A stretch of 64,000 nucleotides of DNA from Eledone cirrhosa (GCA_964016885.1 OZ024749.1:46128001-46192000); one strand, 5' to 3'; counted from the first letter of the stretch, positions 29,901-47,106 are shown. Numbers and translations: made by a program. The notes: a model not told the origin generated them from the letters alone.

Positions 29901-30139
29901 CATATATATATCCTCCCAAAACATACGTGCCCCAGGGCCGTTCATGGCCATAACACACCCATGTCTTTTGAAAAGCTATGTGGAAAACGTTAAAAAAATG
30001 TATGTTAAAAAAAGAATTTAAGTATAACATGAAAAATATTACAATTTAATACATACACAAAGCACACATTATATATACATATGCATCAAGAAACACGTAT
30101 ACATACATATATATATGCATATATATGCATATATACAAA

Positions 30140-30209
<70 letters not shown>

Positions 30210-30631
30210 CATACATATATGATGAGGAAAGGAAGAGATGGGGGAGGGACAAAAAAGCAAACAATATTTTTTTTTTTTTGTCAAAAAATGGGAGGTGCTG
30301 TCATGGAAACGTCGCTTTCAGAAGGAACCAGAATTTCAGAAAATTTTCTGCCAAATGACAAGCGAAGTAATACAGCTTTTCACAATTGCAAAATTCTGTC
30401 AAAAGAGTTTCCTACATGAGTGCTATTTAGGAGAGTTTTGAGAATTTTGGTTCTTTTTTAATATATATGTATATGTATGTGAGTCTGTATATGTGTGTAT
30501 TGTATATGTATATGTATATTTATATGTATATATACATATATGTGTGTGTGTGTGTATATATGTATATATATATATATGTATATTTATATGTATCTATACA
30601 TATATGTGTGGGTGCATATATACATACATAC

Positions 30632-30702
<71 letters not shown>

Positions 30703-30790
30703 TAAATATGTATACATTTATATATAAATGTGTGTGTATGTATATATATATATATATATATATACGTATGCATTTATATATATGCGTGCG

Positions 30791-30873
<83 letters not shown>

Positions 30874-31050
30874 GTACATACATACATATCTATATATATA
30901 TATATATGTGTGTATATGAATGTCTGAGTGTTGTTGCGGGGTTTTCGTTATTTGTTATTTTTGTATTATATTATTTCAATTTTGTTCTTTCGTGGTTTAA
31001 GTTTTACCAGAAAATATATCACTTCACAGTTGCCACACAGAGAAGTAGAC

Positions 31051-31106
<56 letters not shown>

Positions 31107-31229
31107 ACAATCTTCCATGTATTCTGACACAAACACATACATACACACACGCATAGACATACACAGCAACACCTAAAACAAATACATACGCACACCTACA
31201 CACATATATTTGCACACACATATACACAA

Positions 31230-31281
<52 letters not shown>

Positions 31282-31392
31282 TTATATTCATATACAGATA
31301 TTATATATATTTATATATATATTCATATACATATATTATATATATATATATATTTACGCGTATATAAGCACATCCTTGTATATATATTTGCG

Positions 31393-31438
<46 letters not shown>

Positions 31439-31787
31439 TATTTATACTGCATGTGTAAGATTTATTGATATGTATAGTATTTTATAACACTCCATCCTGT
31501 CTTTCTTTCCTTTTCAGGACTCATGTATCACACTTATACCATGTGATATTCTTTTTAAAGTTTGCTTATTTTCATGTTTTTGGATAGTTTGTTTGTGCGA
31601 GAGAATTCTGTAATTATTTAGACTTTTATTTGAATTTATGTTTTAATTTCATGTTCTTCACATATCTTTATGTTATATGTGTACACAAGACCATACAAAT
31701 ACTGAGGTGCACGTATACATTCACATAGATAAAACCACATATAGTTATTTCAATAAGTGCATCATCTAATCTATTTATCTCTCTCTA

Positions 31788-31824
<37 letters not shown>

Positions 31825-31878
31825 CAAGCTATCAACACGTACACACACACTCTGTGCACCCAAGCCCAACATATTAAA

Positions 31879-32506
<628 letters not shown>

Positions 32507-32514
32507 TTGTCATC

Positions 32515-32780
32515 TTCTGGTAATTATACTTGGGTGAATCATGAGGGCAGAGTCCTCCAAAAAGCCTCCCAAATGTCGTATCAAAGGCAATCGTCTCTAA
32601 TTTATATCGATGGATCTCAAAGCGAGATCACCCAAGCTCATTGATTTTATCCAACAGTCTTCCTTGGGGTCTATACCTGGGTCTCCTGCCATTTGATTTT
32701 GCCTGTACGTGTGTCCAACGATTCTTTCCTGAGACCTTCTTGCATATCTGTATTATCGGATCTGTGATGTTTTAGTTGCA
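32515..32780 (-). mobile_element. Decayed RTE-like LINE 3' fragment
   Basis: The - strand gives GRRPRYRPQGRLLDKINELG*, resembling the GxRPRGRPxxRWxDxI motif near RTE ORF C-termini. Confidence 0.55.
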
Positions 32781-33443
32781 TTATTTTGAAATTTTATAAT
32801 TATATTACATGCATGTACATCCTATTTCATTTTATTGCATGGTGAATATATAAATTCACACACACAGATAGCCCCCCCCCCCCTCCCTCACACACACACA
32901 CACACAGATTCACATACATACATAAACACATACATGGGTATCTGAAGCGAGCTTCGTGGAATTTTGTCTTGCTGGGATTTGAACTCACAACTTTAGGATG
33001 ATGAAACGAACAAAATAACACATACGGCACGCACATTCACATATACGAAATACGTATACATAAGGGAGACAAATACTAAAGAACATACACCAGCATGTAT
33101 CTATGTATATGATATTATTTGTAGTTGTAACGCTTATATAATGAGGCATATAATTATAGAAACATGCTTATATATTCCCAACTTCATTATCTCAAAACTA
33201 TGTGTCAGATATTCATCTGGACTTGCCCACTGCCCTTTTCTGTTGTATCCTTTAACGTCACGTCTATAGTTTGACTCACTTTAACCCTTCAGGGCCCCTG
33301 TTTGGCACGTGTCATTCATTTCATTGCTGGTGTAAAGAACTGACTGGCGAGTGTGCTATGCGTACCTCACGAATAAGAAATAAGAAACAAAGAAATATCA
33401 CAACTTTATGTTTATAGACACGCACACACATACACTCTCTTTA

Positions 33444-33494
<51 letters not shown>

Positions 33495-33495
33495 G

Positions 33496-33527
<32 letters not shown>

Positions 33528-33615
33528 GTGGCTATATGAGGGAGTGTGTGTGTGTGTTTCTATGAGTGTATTAATGTATATATATATATATATAACTATA
33601 TATATATGTAACTCA

Positions 33616-33647
<32 letters not shown>

Positions 33648-33665
33648 GTGTGTGTGTCTGCGTGC

Positions 33666-33697
<32 letters not shown>

Positions 33698-33829
33698 TGA
33701 GAGAGGTAGTTATGGGTGTGAGTGTATATGCATGTACATACATAGATGTGTTTGTCTGTCATTGTTCATGTGCGGGTGAGTTTACATGCAATATTCTTTG
33801 GAAATGAGAATGAAATCAAGGAAACAAAA

Positions 33830-33830
<1 letters not shown>

Positions 33831-33922
<92 letters not shown>
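33831..33922. repeat. (AAT)n directly followed by (ATT)n, a self-complementary microsatellite pair
   Basis: The strand switches near 33893. Confidence 0.9.
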
Positions 33923-33923
<1 letters not shown>

Positions 33924-34367
33924 GTTATGATATTAAATATAAAAATAAATAAAGGTAACGAAAAAAAAAAATGGATAAACAAATGCCAACCCACACATAC
34001 AAAAATACACATATCGCATACACGTCTATATAGTCAGAAATATATGCATATGTACACGTATAACTATGTTTGAATTTGGCTTGAAGACCTAAACGGAAAA
34101 ATCTTTGATCGTCAAGGAAAAATGTAGAACTTTTCATTAAAATCTTATTTCGTGTTATTGACGAATTTATATTTAACTATCGTTCTATTTTCTGTTTATA
34201 CTTTTTACTAATTACCTTTATTTGTTTATTTAGCTTTTATTTTTTGCAGCAATAATTCGCTTTGAACGCAATTTGGTGTGACAGTCTCTGAACCACACTC
34301 AAACACACGCACAAAAAAAAAGAAAAATATACAGAGGCATATATATATATATATACATATATATTTC

Positions 34368-34415
<48 letters not shown>

Positions 34416-34447
34416 TATTTATATACATATATATATATATATACATA

Positions 34448-34493
<46 letters not shown>

Positions 34494-34515
34494 TATACAT
34501 ATATATATACACACA

Positions 34516-34565
<50 letters not shown>

Positions 34566-34779
34566 TATATATATATATGCCTTGGTGTATGTATCTTTAA
34601 TGTGTGCGTGTGTGTATGTATATATAAACGCAAATTTTTCTGTATCATAGTTATCATGATCATAGATTGATGTCCGTTTGTACCATGTTACCTTCGGTTG
34701 GACATGCCATCATCACAGTACGCTATATCTATCTATTTATCTAGCTATATTTCCTTATATATATGCAAGAGATGTCAAC

Positions 34780-34930
34780 ATGAATGGACCTGTTATTTTT
34801 ATCTAGAGACATTTTTTCCTATTCTAAACCACCCCTCCGAAACGTTAAGACCCTCTTCCTGCTATATCAAGCGTTAACCTAATATAACACTTCCATATAC
34901 TGTACCGATTGTGTTGTTATTTCTGTTTCC
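34780..34930 (+). mobile_element. Family D copy lacking the hammerhead 5' half
   Basis: CCGAAACGTTAAGACCCTCTTCCTGCTATATCAAG is the reverse complement of 10401-10435, and the upstream part matches 10488-10545. Confidence 0.75.
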
Positions 34931-35455
34931 CTCTTACACACATATATATATGTGAGTGTGTGTGTGTGTGTGTGACTTTCCCCAAACACCCCGTCAACTC
35001 TTGTTTCGTGAGTGGAAGGTGGTAGACGGGCATTTGTATGGAAGCCGATTGCATAGATTCTACCTAGAAATCAATGAGCAAAACTCATCAAGTATCGTTT
35101 CACGCTGAATGGGTTTTATATTATGGTTAGACGCATCTGTGCAATACTCAGTCAGCTACACTTTATTTGAAACGTTGGACATTCGGTTGGTCGAACTATT
35201 ACCTGTTCATCGTCGACACTACCGAAGGATCAATCTCTTCACATTTTTCTATGTTTTCATGAACATATTAAATATTGATAGAATAAGAATATGCAGTGGG
35301 TCATGTTAAACTTTGCAATCATTTAAACGTTTTCAATGGCAAGGTTTTCATTAGTTCTAAAGTAGGTTGAGGAATTTTGAAATCAAATATAATTATTTTC
35401 CTTCAAAATCTAAAGTTTCGAAATGTGTCATCCTTGTAGCAATTTTCCTTTTAAC

Positions 35456-35520
<65 letters not shown>

Positions 35521-35541
35521 TTATCTGTGTATATATCTGTG

Positions 35542-35654
<113 letters not shown>

Positions 35655-35674
35655 GGATGTATATATGTGTATGT

Positions 35675-35711
<37 letters not shown>

Positions 35712-36219
35712 TACATAGATACATATATATATTTATGGTGTTTTCTATTCGGATGATCAGGGAAATATTTCACCATTTTTTTAATGCGTGGCCTTCTCCC
35801 ACTTTTTTATTTCTTTATTACTATTTATCGCATCCCCACCCTCACTGTCTTGTTCTCTTCTCTCTTCTTTCATTTTTTTCTTTCTTAGGTCGGATTTCGG
35901 GGGTAGATGCGGTGCGTCAATTACTGCAATGATTATTTCGATTGCGTACAGATCTAGGACATAGAGGAAATTGCTTAGGTGAACATTGAAAAAGCCAACA
36001 ATAGCAATAAAACATAATTGTACACCATATTCAACGATTTTTTTCCACATAATTTCCTCTTGACGACCACAGCATAAAAAATATTGAAAAAAAAAACCCC
36101 AAAAAACATATAATAAAAAAGAAAAAACGCACTAACCCCCCCCCCAAAAAAAAAAAAAAAATTCAGCTCAGAAATTAAAAAAGAGAAACTCAACGAGACA
36201 AATCAAAGAAAAATCGTAT

Positions 36220-36265
<46 letters not shown>

Positions 36266-36344
36266 GTATATATACAGAAATTACTGTTGCTACTACTGCT
36301 ACTATCACAACTACTGCTACTCATAATAATCAACCACCTCTTTC

Positions 36345-36345
<1 letters not shown>

Positions 36346-36375
<30 letters not shown>

Positions 36376-36473
36376 CTTCTTCTTCTTCTTTCTTCTTCTT
36401 CTTCTTCTTCTTCTTCTTCTTCTTCTTCTTCTTCTTCTTCTTCTTCTTCTTCTTTCTTCTTCTTCTTCTTCTT

Positions 36474-36506
<33 letters not shown>

Positions 36507-36507
36507 G

Positions 36508-36550
<43 letters not shown>

Positions 36551-36595
36551 ATGATAATAATGATAATAATAATAATGATAATAATACTATTAATA
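36346..36595. repeat. Compound triplet microsatellite (CTT)n(CTA)n(CTG)n(ATA)n
   Basis: Direct reading. Confidence 0.95.
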
Positions 36596-36904
36596 CTATC
36601 AATATTGAGAAGAGTGATGGTGTCGATATTAATGATGATGATGATCTGGGTGGTAGATAATACTAAGCTTGGTATTTATGAAGATGATATCAATGAAGAA
36701 CATCGTTAATATGAGGGTGAAGCTGATGTAAACGATGGTGATGAAAAAGGAAAAGAAAAATTATGAAAAAAATCTCCTACCAATCTTAAACGAGATGAGG
36801 CGAAAATAGCCCTAATTATTTAGTGATCGATAGGAACTTGAGGTGAATAGTTTCAAAGACCTTCTGCTTTTCCTCATCGTCTTCCTCGTCATTTAAGATT
36901 GATA

Positions 36905-37018
36905 CTATTACAGCTACTACTGCTGCAGCTGTTGTTGTTGCTGCTGCTGCTCTGCTGCTGCTGCTACTACTACTATTACTTAAACTATACTTCTACTACT
37001 GCTACTAGTACAACAACA

Positions 37019-37080
<62 letters not shown>

Positions 37081-37112
37081 TACTCTTACTTATATTACTA
37101 CTACTACTACTG

Positions 37113-37169
<57 letters not shown>

Positions 37170-37194
37170 ATGCTGATGTTACTAATGCTCCTGT

Positions 37195-37261
<67 letters not shown>

Positions 37262-37268
37262 GTTACTA
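36905..37268. repeat. (CTA)n-rich compound microsatellite
   Basis: Direct reading; it explains the poly-T and poly-L ORFs. Confidence 0.95.
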
Positions 37269-37538
37269 TATCAGATGTGGATGGTGCATATTAGATTAAA
37301 CTCTTCCGTAGTGCGTTGTCCATATTCTGTTATCGACGCCGCCATCTTTGCAAGAGAATTTGTATATCACTATTTCGAAGGCAGATACGATCCTGAAAGA
37401 ATTACCAGTTATAAATAACAGGTCTCTAACTCTAGTTTCGTAATAGTAGTGATTGTTTACATTAAAGAAATGTCGAGCCCTCAATCTCTCTCTCTCTCTC
37501 AGTCTCATTATATATATATATATATGAGTATATATATA

Positions 37539-37583
<45 letters not shown>

Positions 37584-38059
37584 TTTATGTATAATTATGT
37601 ATGCATGTATAAATATAAATATATATATGAGCATGTGTATACATATGTGTGCATGTGAGTATGTGTGGACGTGTGTAAAAATAAAATGCCATTGACTTTG
37701 TTCCTTTTGTTTTAAAATATGTTTATGTTATTTTCAGCTTAGTGTCTCTCATACATAGAAGCAACAACAACAATGAAATGATAATTCATGCTATAAATCG
37801 CCAATATATAGCGTCACAGACACCCAAGAGAAATATACTTTTTATCAATTGGCAACTATCATAGCTTAGAATTCCATATGGTATCATTTGTTTATATCCC
37901 TATTGCAGTTAGAAAATACCAAAGTATCTTAAAGAGCAATTTCCTAATCTCCCAGACATTCTATCTTGAATCTTGCCTGTTTAAGAGGCACCGTCATTTC
38001 CTATCTCACACACCATAAAAGTAAAAACAAAAATGTACCGAAATAAAAGGAAAATTCAA

Positions 38060-38185
38060 AAGATGTAAAAAATCATTCAAGAATGATCTCAGCATATATT
38101 AATGAAGTATATATATATATACATCTCTATTGCTTTCTACCTTTCTCTCTCTTACTCTCAACTATATAATATGTATACAACTATA

Positions 38186-38255
<70 letters not shown>

Positions 38256-38346
38256 ATATAGTTGAGATTAAGAGAAAGAAATAGAGATGTATATATATAC
38301 TTCATTAATATATGTTGAGATTATTTTCAATGATTTTTTACATCTT
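38060..38346. repeat. Inverted duplication (38060-38168 and 38255-38346) around (TA)n
   Basis: AAGATGTAAAAAATCATT..CATATATTAATGAAGTATAT versus ATATACTTCATTAATATATG..AATGATTTTTTACATCTT. Confidence 0.85.
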
Positions 38347-38397
<51 letters not shown>

Positions 38398-38420
38398 ATA
38401 TATATATAGTAATATTTTAA

Positions 38421-38451
<31 letters not shown>

Positions 38452-39439
38452 TTATATATATATATTTATATATAAATATATGTGTGTGTGTGTGCTTGCA
38501 TACATACATTTATGTACGGGCTTTTATCAATGCGATATAACAGAAATTCCATATATCTACTAACAACTTTACCTAACTATTGAATACTGAAAGAAGAATA
38601 ATGTTATAACTGGTCTGAACTAACAACAACCATATATATACAGCCATATACACCCCATCATATCTATATCTCTCTCTATATATATAGAGAGAGAGATATA
38701 GATATATATGTATAGATATACATAGATAGATATAAGCTGAAACGAAGATTAATACTGAATTTGCGAATTCTATGATTCTGAATAACCTTTGTTGTTGACT
38801 AATCAGCACATGGGTCAATTTAATCGACTTTAACCTCCCTCAAAATTGCTGGCCTTGTGTCTAAATCTTAACCATTGTTATAGACTGGATAAAAAAGATT
38901 ATAGTTTGAAAGTTTGTATTTTTACGTTTACTATTTAATATTTGTTTCGTTTAATCTTTGTAAAAATATTGTAATGTTCCTAAAGAATCTGTCACTGGGT
39001 GACAGTTTAATTTCTTCTGAATCGAAACAATTTTCTCAAGGTTTTGTGTTGCACAGTCACACTCACTAAGTTCATGATGCATATATATGCACTTGCATTA
39101 AAAACATGCATATATGAAAATACACTTACAAGCCCAAATGTATATACAAGTGCACATGCATACTATATATAGCTGAGGAGGATAATAATGATGGAGATAC
39201 ATTGATAATCGCAGAGATGTATTGTTATACTATTTGGAGCGTCATGCTGCCAAAATTGTATTACTTCTCTTTAATCTGTTGATGACATTAATTTCAATTG
39301 ATGTGACTGCACTACTTCGATACACTGTGTATCTTACATATCAAACACACATAAAGGCACATAATCCTATACACACATTAGAAAGTGAGGTTTTCTTTAC
39401 AAAATGTAAAATAACCGAGGTGTCCTACACGAGTGAAAG

Positions 39440-39594
39440 TATAAAGAAGAAAAGATGAAATCGAAAATGCAACAGGAGTCTTATTTTTAAAAATATATAT
39501 ATATTTATTTGGTTCCTTTACCGGTTTCGCATTTCTTCTGCTTTTCAAAAGTAGAGTTGAGATGGAGGGTCTGTGGTTTTTCTCACATCTGAGA
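39440..39594 (-). mobile_element. Family C element
   Basis: Reverse-complement homologue of 17825-17975 with only a 5-bp fold-back, TCTCA-CATC-TGAGA. Confidence 0.85.
39516..39551 (-). ncRNA. Putative minimal type I hammerhead ribozyme, U3-A8 core variant
   Basis: CUU UUGAAAA GCA GAAGAAA UGC GAAA CCGG UA AAG: stem I CUU/AAG, stem II GCA/UGC, palindromic ACCGGU stem III and a GUA cleavage triplet. Confidence 0.6.
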
Positions 39595-39619
39595 TATATA
39601 TATACATATTCATATATAT

Positions 39620-39684
39620 ATATTTGATATATATTTATCCTTATCGAGCCCTCTTTGGATTTTAGTCTTCAAATTCATTATTAT

Positions 39685-39747
<63 letters not shown>

Positions 39748-39782
39748 TATATAGTAATAATAATAAATTTGAAGACTAAAAT

Positions 39783-39785
<3 letters not shown>
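39620..39785. mobile_element. Family A 3' tail plus an inverted copy across (TA)n
   Basis: GGATTTTAGTCTTCAAATTCATTATTATTACTA ...(TA)n... TAGTAATAATAATAAATTTGAAGACTAAAATCC. Confidence 0.8.
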
Positions 39786-39832
<47 letters not shown>

Positions 39833-40846
39833 GAATGTGTGCATAAATATTGTCTCTCGAATTAAGCGTTAGCGTGACGTGAAGTTCAAACGATAACGTT
39901 TGTATCGTTACACAATTTTATAGCACTGCAGGGGAGGAAAAAATATTGTAATTTTTTACGCAGTCACTTGTGCTGGTAGCTGTAAGAGCAGCCTCAGCAG
40001 TACTAGTAATTGAATTAATATTTTTATTGGTATTAGTCGTATTAGATACAATGTTGATTTTTCCAATATATCTTCTATATTCTTATATTTAGTTAGTTAT
40101 TTAATTGTGTATCTATTTTGATATTAATTAAAGCGCAGTATCGAAAGTTATAACGCGACACCTTTTAAACGAATGCTGTTTCGATCCCGTGGTGATTTTA
40201 TCACCAATACTGACATAACTCTTTCATTTACTACTTGATATTTCACCATATTTAAAATCTTCTTCTTGTTCTTGTTGTTCTTGATTCTTTTTTTTTTTTT
40301 TTTGCCATATTCAATAGAAATAAAAATGTAGTTATTTCTTTTTATAAATATTAATACCTTCTATCGTGATGTTATTTTTGTGCTGATTTTCATAGTTATT
40401 ACTGGTTATCATCGCCAAGCTCTCCTTCCATCATTTGACGTTGTCATTTTCATGTCATCGTCAACATTTTATGACCACCATATCCATCATGATCATCACC
40501 ATTATCATCATAGTCATCGTCATCACGATCCTACTAAGCAATACAACCAGCACTAACACCATTATCATCATCGTTATTATTCCAAGCAGCATAAGAGTCA
40601 GGAGTAAAGTCTCGTCGTGGTTCTCAAATCATTGTTGGTTAGCGTGATATAAGAAATTTGAAAGCGCAAATCTTTCAGTATTTTTTTCTTAATTAACTAC
40701 CCCCACGTGCTTCTGTCCTGTCTCACGAAACTTTTCTATTTCATTTTATTTTCGGTGTTTTATCTCTATTTTAGGAAGGGTTATATTATTATCTCTCTCT
40801 TTCTCTTTCTCACTCGCTCTCTCTCTATCTCTCTCTCTCGCTGCTT

Positions 40847-40894
<48 letters not shown>

Positions 40895-42083
40895 TTATTT
40901 ATTTATTGATATACTTTTAAACTTTTACCTGTTCCAAACCATGTGCATTCGTGCTTGCTATGTATTCCTGACTAAACTCTGAATACAAATAAATAAAAAA
41001 AATATGTAGATAAATTTAAAAAAAAAAAGATGAGAAATCACATTTTTTAAAGTAGAATTACACCAACAAAATGACACCCAAGTAATTCCCAGCTTAAAGA
41101 AATTAAAGACATGCAATATAAAAAGAATTATCTCAGATTTCAATGTAACAATTTGTGAAATTATTTTGTCAACAGGAGTTGAGGAACCTCTAAAAAATGT
41201 TAGAGGGGAGATAAATACATTTTTCATCACTCCATCATATGTCTGGTTATGTGCTTTCGATAAATTGTTAGATCTAATATCCTTTTTTTTTTATCACACG
41301 ACATTGTGTTCAGTCACAGATATTTTTTAATGATAATAATTCGCAGTGTCTGAGTGGGTGTCAGGCACATTAGAATACAATTTTGGTGTTCGTATACAGG
41401 TTCATGCATAATTATCAGTCATGGAATATCCGCACATAAAAATACACACACACACATACACACACATACACACACATACACACACACACATACACACACA
41501 AACACACACATGCATTCACACTTACACTTACACAAAGCGGTGGGCGATTTTTCGTTTTTGGAAATGCGGGAATTCCAAACGCAAAAAGTGATGGTAACGA
41601 CAGCCGGTCGTTGTAAATAATGGCTTAGAAAATCAACTAAAATACGCCTAAAACAGAATAGGTGGCCATTAGCTAACAGAACGACGATGTGTAAAGGTAA
41701 AATACATCAGGATAATGTATTTTCTGGTTTAGATAGAGTAGCTTCGCTTTTTCTAAATACAGTGATTATTGGAAATCAGTTGGTATGGATCTTCAAACAT
41801 CATTTGCAAGGTGTCGTAATATGCGTTAGATATCAGTAATATCTCCACCATGCTGTCTACCCTATTATGAACACATCATGAAGGTAATATCGTGAAGGAA
41901 TAATTTCTCAGCAGATAAATAAACTATGAGACTTAAATATTGTCTACAACTCAAATAATTTTTTAAAAAATTAAATTCTTTAAATTAAATTTAATTATTT
42001 TCAGTAAAATTGTATAGATTAATCAGACAGATGGATAGATAGAAAAAGAGAGATAGAGAGAGGAGAGAGAACGTGAGATGGAA

Positions 42084-42262
<179 letters not shown>

Positions 42263-42710
42263 TAGAGAGACAAAGAGAGATGAGGGAGAGCGACGCACCA
42301 GACAATAAATTAAAATGATAAAATTAAAATATTAAAATATGAATTTAACTGACTTCCTTGATTATTATTCGGAAACATTGTTGATGTTTAGCAGAAAGTG
42401 GCGCAGACATAGTAGGGGAGAGAAAGAGGGAGATGTGAGATAGTGTGAATGACGTAGGTCGATAGTGAGGTGAGGAGAGAGAGAGCGGGGTAGAGAGAAG
42501 AATACACATATTTAGTGCGATGAAGAAGAGAGATAGGAAAGTAACTTTATCAATGAAATAAACATCCTAGAATAAATCCTTCACACTTGGGACATGCTTA
42601 CGAAGATCTATATTCGCAAACGTCATATATATATATTAAAAAATACTGTTGTATATATGACTTAACAAAATCACATTGTATATATCCCAGCGAGACTGTC
42701 ATTCTAAAAG

Positions 42711-42760
<50 letters not shown>

Positions 42761-44207
42761 CGTGTGTATATATATATATGTGTGTGTGTGCGTGTGTGTG
42801 TGTATTTATATATATGTATAATATTTTCTACTTGAAAAAAAAATCGATTTTTCACACACACACACACATAGACACCCATACCCCACACACAAACATATAT
42901 ATATATATACATGTTGACTCGTGTGATTGTATTCATGTCTATGTGTATATGTGTGAGGGTTGACGATGGAATGGTAATATATATTAATCGAACCTTTCGT
43001 TGTTTATGATTTACTTTTTATTGCCTCAGTGAGCCGAGCTTGCGAGAAAATTTACCCCATCTACATAATGTTCTCTCCTGAGCAGTTTCACCCCTCCAGG
43101 AGTATATTTGTCTTACATAGTCTTTATTTTACTGAATTATAGACAAATATCACCTAAATAGATCCTATAAGTTTTGATAGAGAATTTTATTACGGTATCT
43201 AAATCATTTTGCTACGATGATTTATAAGTTCAATTCAACTTGTATATTAAGTGTATGTTGAAATACGGTCTAGCTTAATTTTTGTATGGAAACATTATAT
43301 AAGCTTTCTTATAACAGCCAATAACATTCTGTATTAAGACAATATTCAGAATGCAAATTTTCAGAGTCATTAGTATGTTGAAATAAATATTGTGTTGTAT
43401 ATTTCAGGATTTTAGCCATTTGACTTCCAATCATATCGACGTCATATTTATCATTCTTTTTTTAAGGCCTCGATAAATAAATTACAAATACAAGACGGGT
43501 ATAACGTTTAGAGCTTCGGGTGGAATATTTAGAGCATGAGGTGGAATTATCTGAAGTAACCTTTCTAGGTCTGAGTATTTAGAGTTCAAATCCTACCTCT
43601 TACCACCACAGAATTGGTAACATAATAAGAGTGGCGCCCCTATCATTATAACTTCTAAGAGAAATCTAAAAGTTGTAGCCTTATGGGAAGTTAACTAAAA
43701 CTGATGGGTACGAGAGCTTTAACAAGAATAATAAAACTTATGGTATATTAAAAAATAGACAACATACCGCAGGAAGATGCCGCAGGAAGATGCAGGAAGA
43801 TGCTATGCACAGCAATCCATACACATAATTATTGCATTGAATTTGGAGACGTCTTTACTCACAACTATATGCAGACATCGGCCAATAACATCCTTAAGAT
43901 TGTCTAACATTCTTTAGTAAAGAAGGAAAACAATGCTACTCAAACATGCTTCGAAAACTATTATTATCTCACACAATAGAATATCCGTTCTGTCGTTCGG
44001 TCCACAAGGTCATATTTACGTTCAGGATGTGACGGGTAGCAATGGCTTCTCTGCTTGGTTCTGCAACTCCTGAGCTCTAGGTGGTCATTGTATAAAATCG
44101 ATTTATACCTCAATGTAGAATGCAGATACACTTGATATACATTATATATACATAGACACATTCGCACAAAAACATTAATGCAAGCGCACATACTTATTTA
44201 TGTTTGA

Positions 44208-44258
<51 letters not shown>

Positions 44259-44953
44259 TGTGTGTGTTTGTATAATCCTTTAGATGTACTCAAAAACATA
44301 GATGAAAAATAATATATTAAAACATATTTTTAGTATGCAAAATAACACGAGAAGTGCTCTTTACGCCATATCATTATCTACTGTCATAATTTTAAATTAA
44401 ATGAACCAAGCCTCAAATTCACTTGATATTTCAACGGTTATATATATATGCATTAATAATGAATAATAATTTCGCTGTATATTGAAAAAAATGATAAATA
44501 TGTGAAATCCAATATCGAACATTTTTGTGTGTTTATCATAAGGTATTTTTTGTCTCTAAACAACTATAAGAAAATACATAACTGGTCGAGAAGAGGGTGT
44601 TATATACCCAGCCTTTTATATTATTATCACTGTAATACACGTTTTACTGATCATGTAAATAGTTAAAAAATAATCATATACATAAATACACACATTCAGA
44701 AAAATAGATAGATATATAGATCATAAGATAAATAGATAGGTAGCTAGGTTGAGAGATAATTTACTTCGACAAACAAGCACGCGCTTGCCTTAAACTATCT
44801 CATTCGTAAGAAAATTGTAAACACATCTATTGATATACATGAATAAATACATATATACATAGACCCATAGACCCATATGTGCAAGCTTATATGTACATAT
44901 ACATATAAAAGCTAAAACACTCGTATTCTAATTTCGCATTTCAAATGAATCAA

Positions 44954-45066
<113 letters not shown>

Positions 45067-45083
45067 ATATATATATATATATG

Positions 45084-45166
<83 letters not shown>

Positions 45167-45463
45167 CAAAAAATTAAATGAAGGATTAAACTATGGGGCA
45201 TGGACCCGCCCTTTACACTGCGGATACAGCTGTAAGAAATACTTCATACTACCCGTATCATATTCAGATTTCCTTGAGTAGATATCTAACTAAAGTCAAA
45301 TTATTCATTTATTTATTTAATATTTATTTCCTTGTCAAAGGCGGTTGTGTGCACGCCTCTGTAAAGGCAAAAACACACACATTGACATATATATATACAT
45401 ATATATGTACGTATGTATGTTTATATGCATATATACACATGTGTGTATACATACAGAGAGATG

Positions 45464-45584
<121 letters not shown>

Positions 45585-45679
45585 TGTTATACTTTGGGAG
45601 GGTCATGTTGCCAAAGTATAACAATATCGGTTTCAACACACGATTTCAGATAAATAATCTTGCTAAACAAACTCAGAAA

Positions 45680-45721
<42 letters not shown>

Positions 45722-45780
45722 GTGTGTGTTTGTGTGGGCGTATATATGTATGTAGATATATATATATATATATATATATC

Positions 45781-45978
45781 CAGGGAGTGTTACGTCGAGT
45801 TACTGTTGGTTCACCCAGGTGAGCACTGGATGTTTAGGTTCACTTCTGTGTCGAGGTGTAGAGCTAGACAGAGAGTAGTATAATAACATAAAACAAGGAC
45901 GAGCGGCTACTTCCTCATTACTCCTGCAAACGGAAGGGAGTAGTAACCACTCGTCGTCTTTGTTTTATTTTATTATAT
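45781..45978 (-). mobile_element. Family E fold-back element in (TA)n
   Basis: Imperfect arms TATAATAACATAAAACAAGGACGAGCGGCTACT / AGTAACCACTCGTCGTCTTTGTTTTATTTTATTATA plus an unpaired tail of about 97 bp homologous to 1893-1997. Confidence 0.65.
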
Positions 45979-46019
45979 ATATAAATATATATATATGTAT
46001 AGATATATAGATATATAGA

Positions 46020-47105
<1,086 letters not shown>

Positions 47106-47106
47106 T

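Noticed and set aside
35889-35978. Possible 90-nt exon (polypyrimidine tract plus AG ... AG|GTGAAC)
   Set aside because: All three frames contain stop codons and the donor is weak; at most a non-coding exon, which I cannot support.
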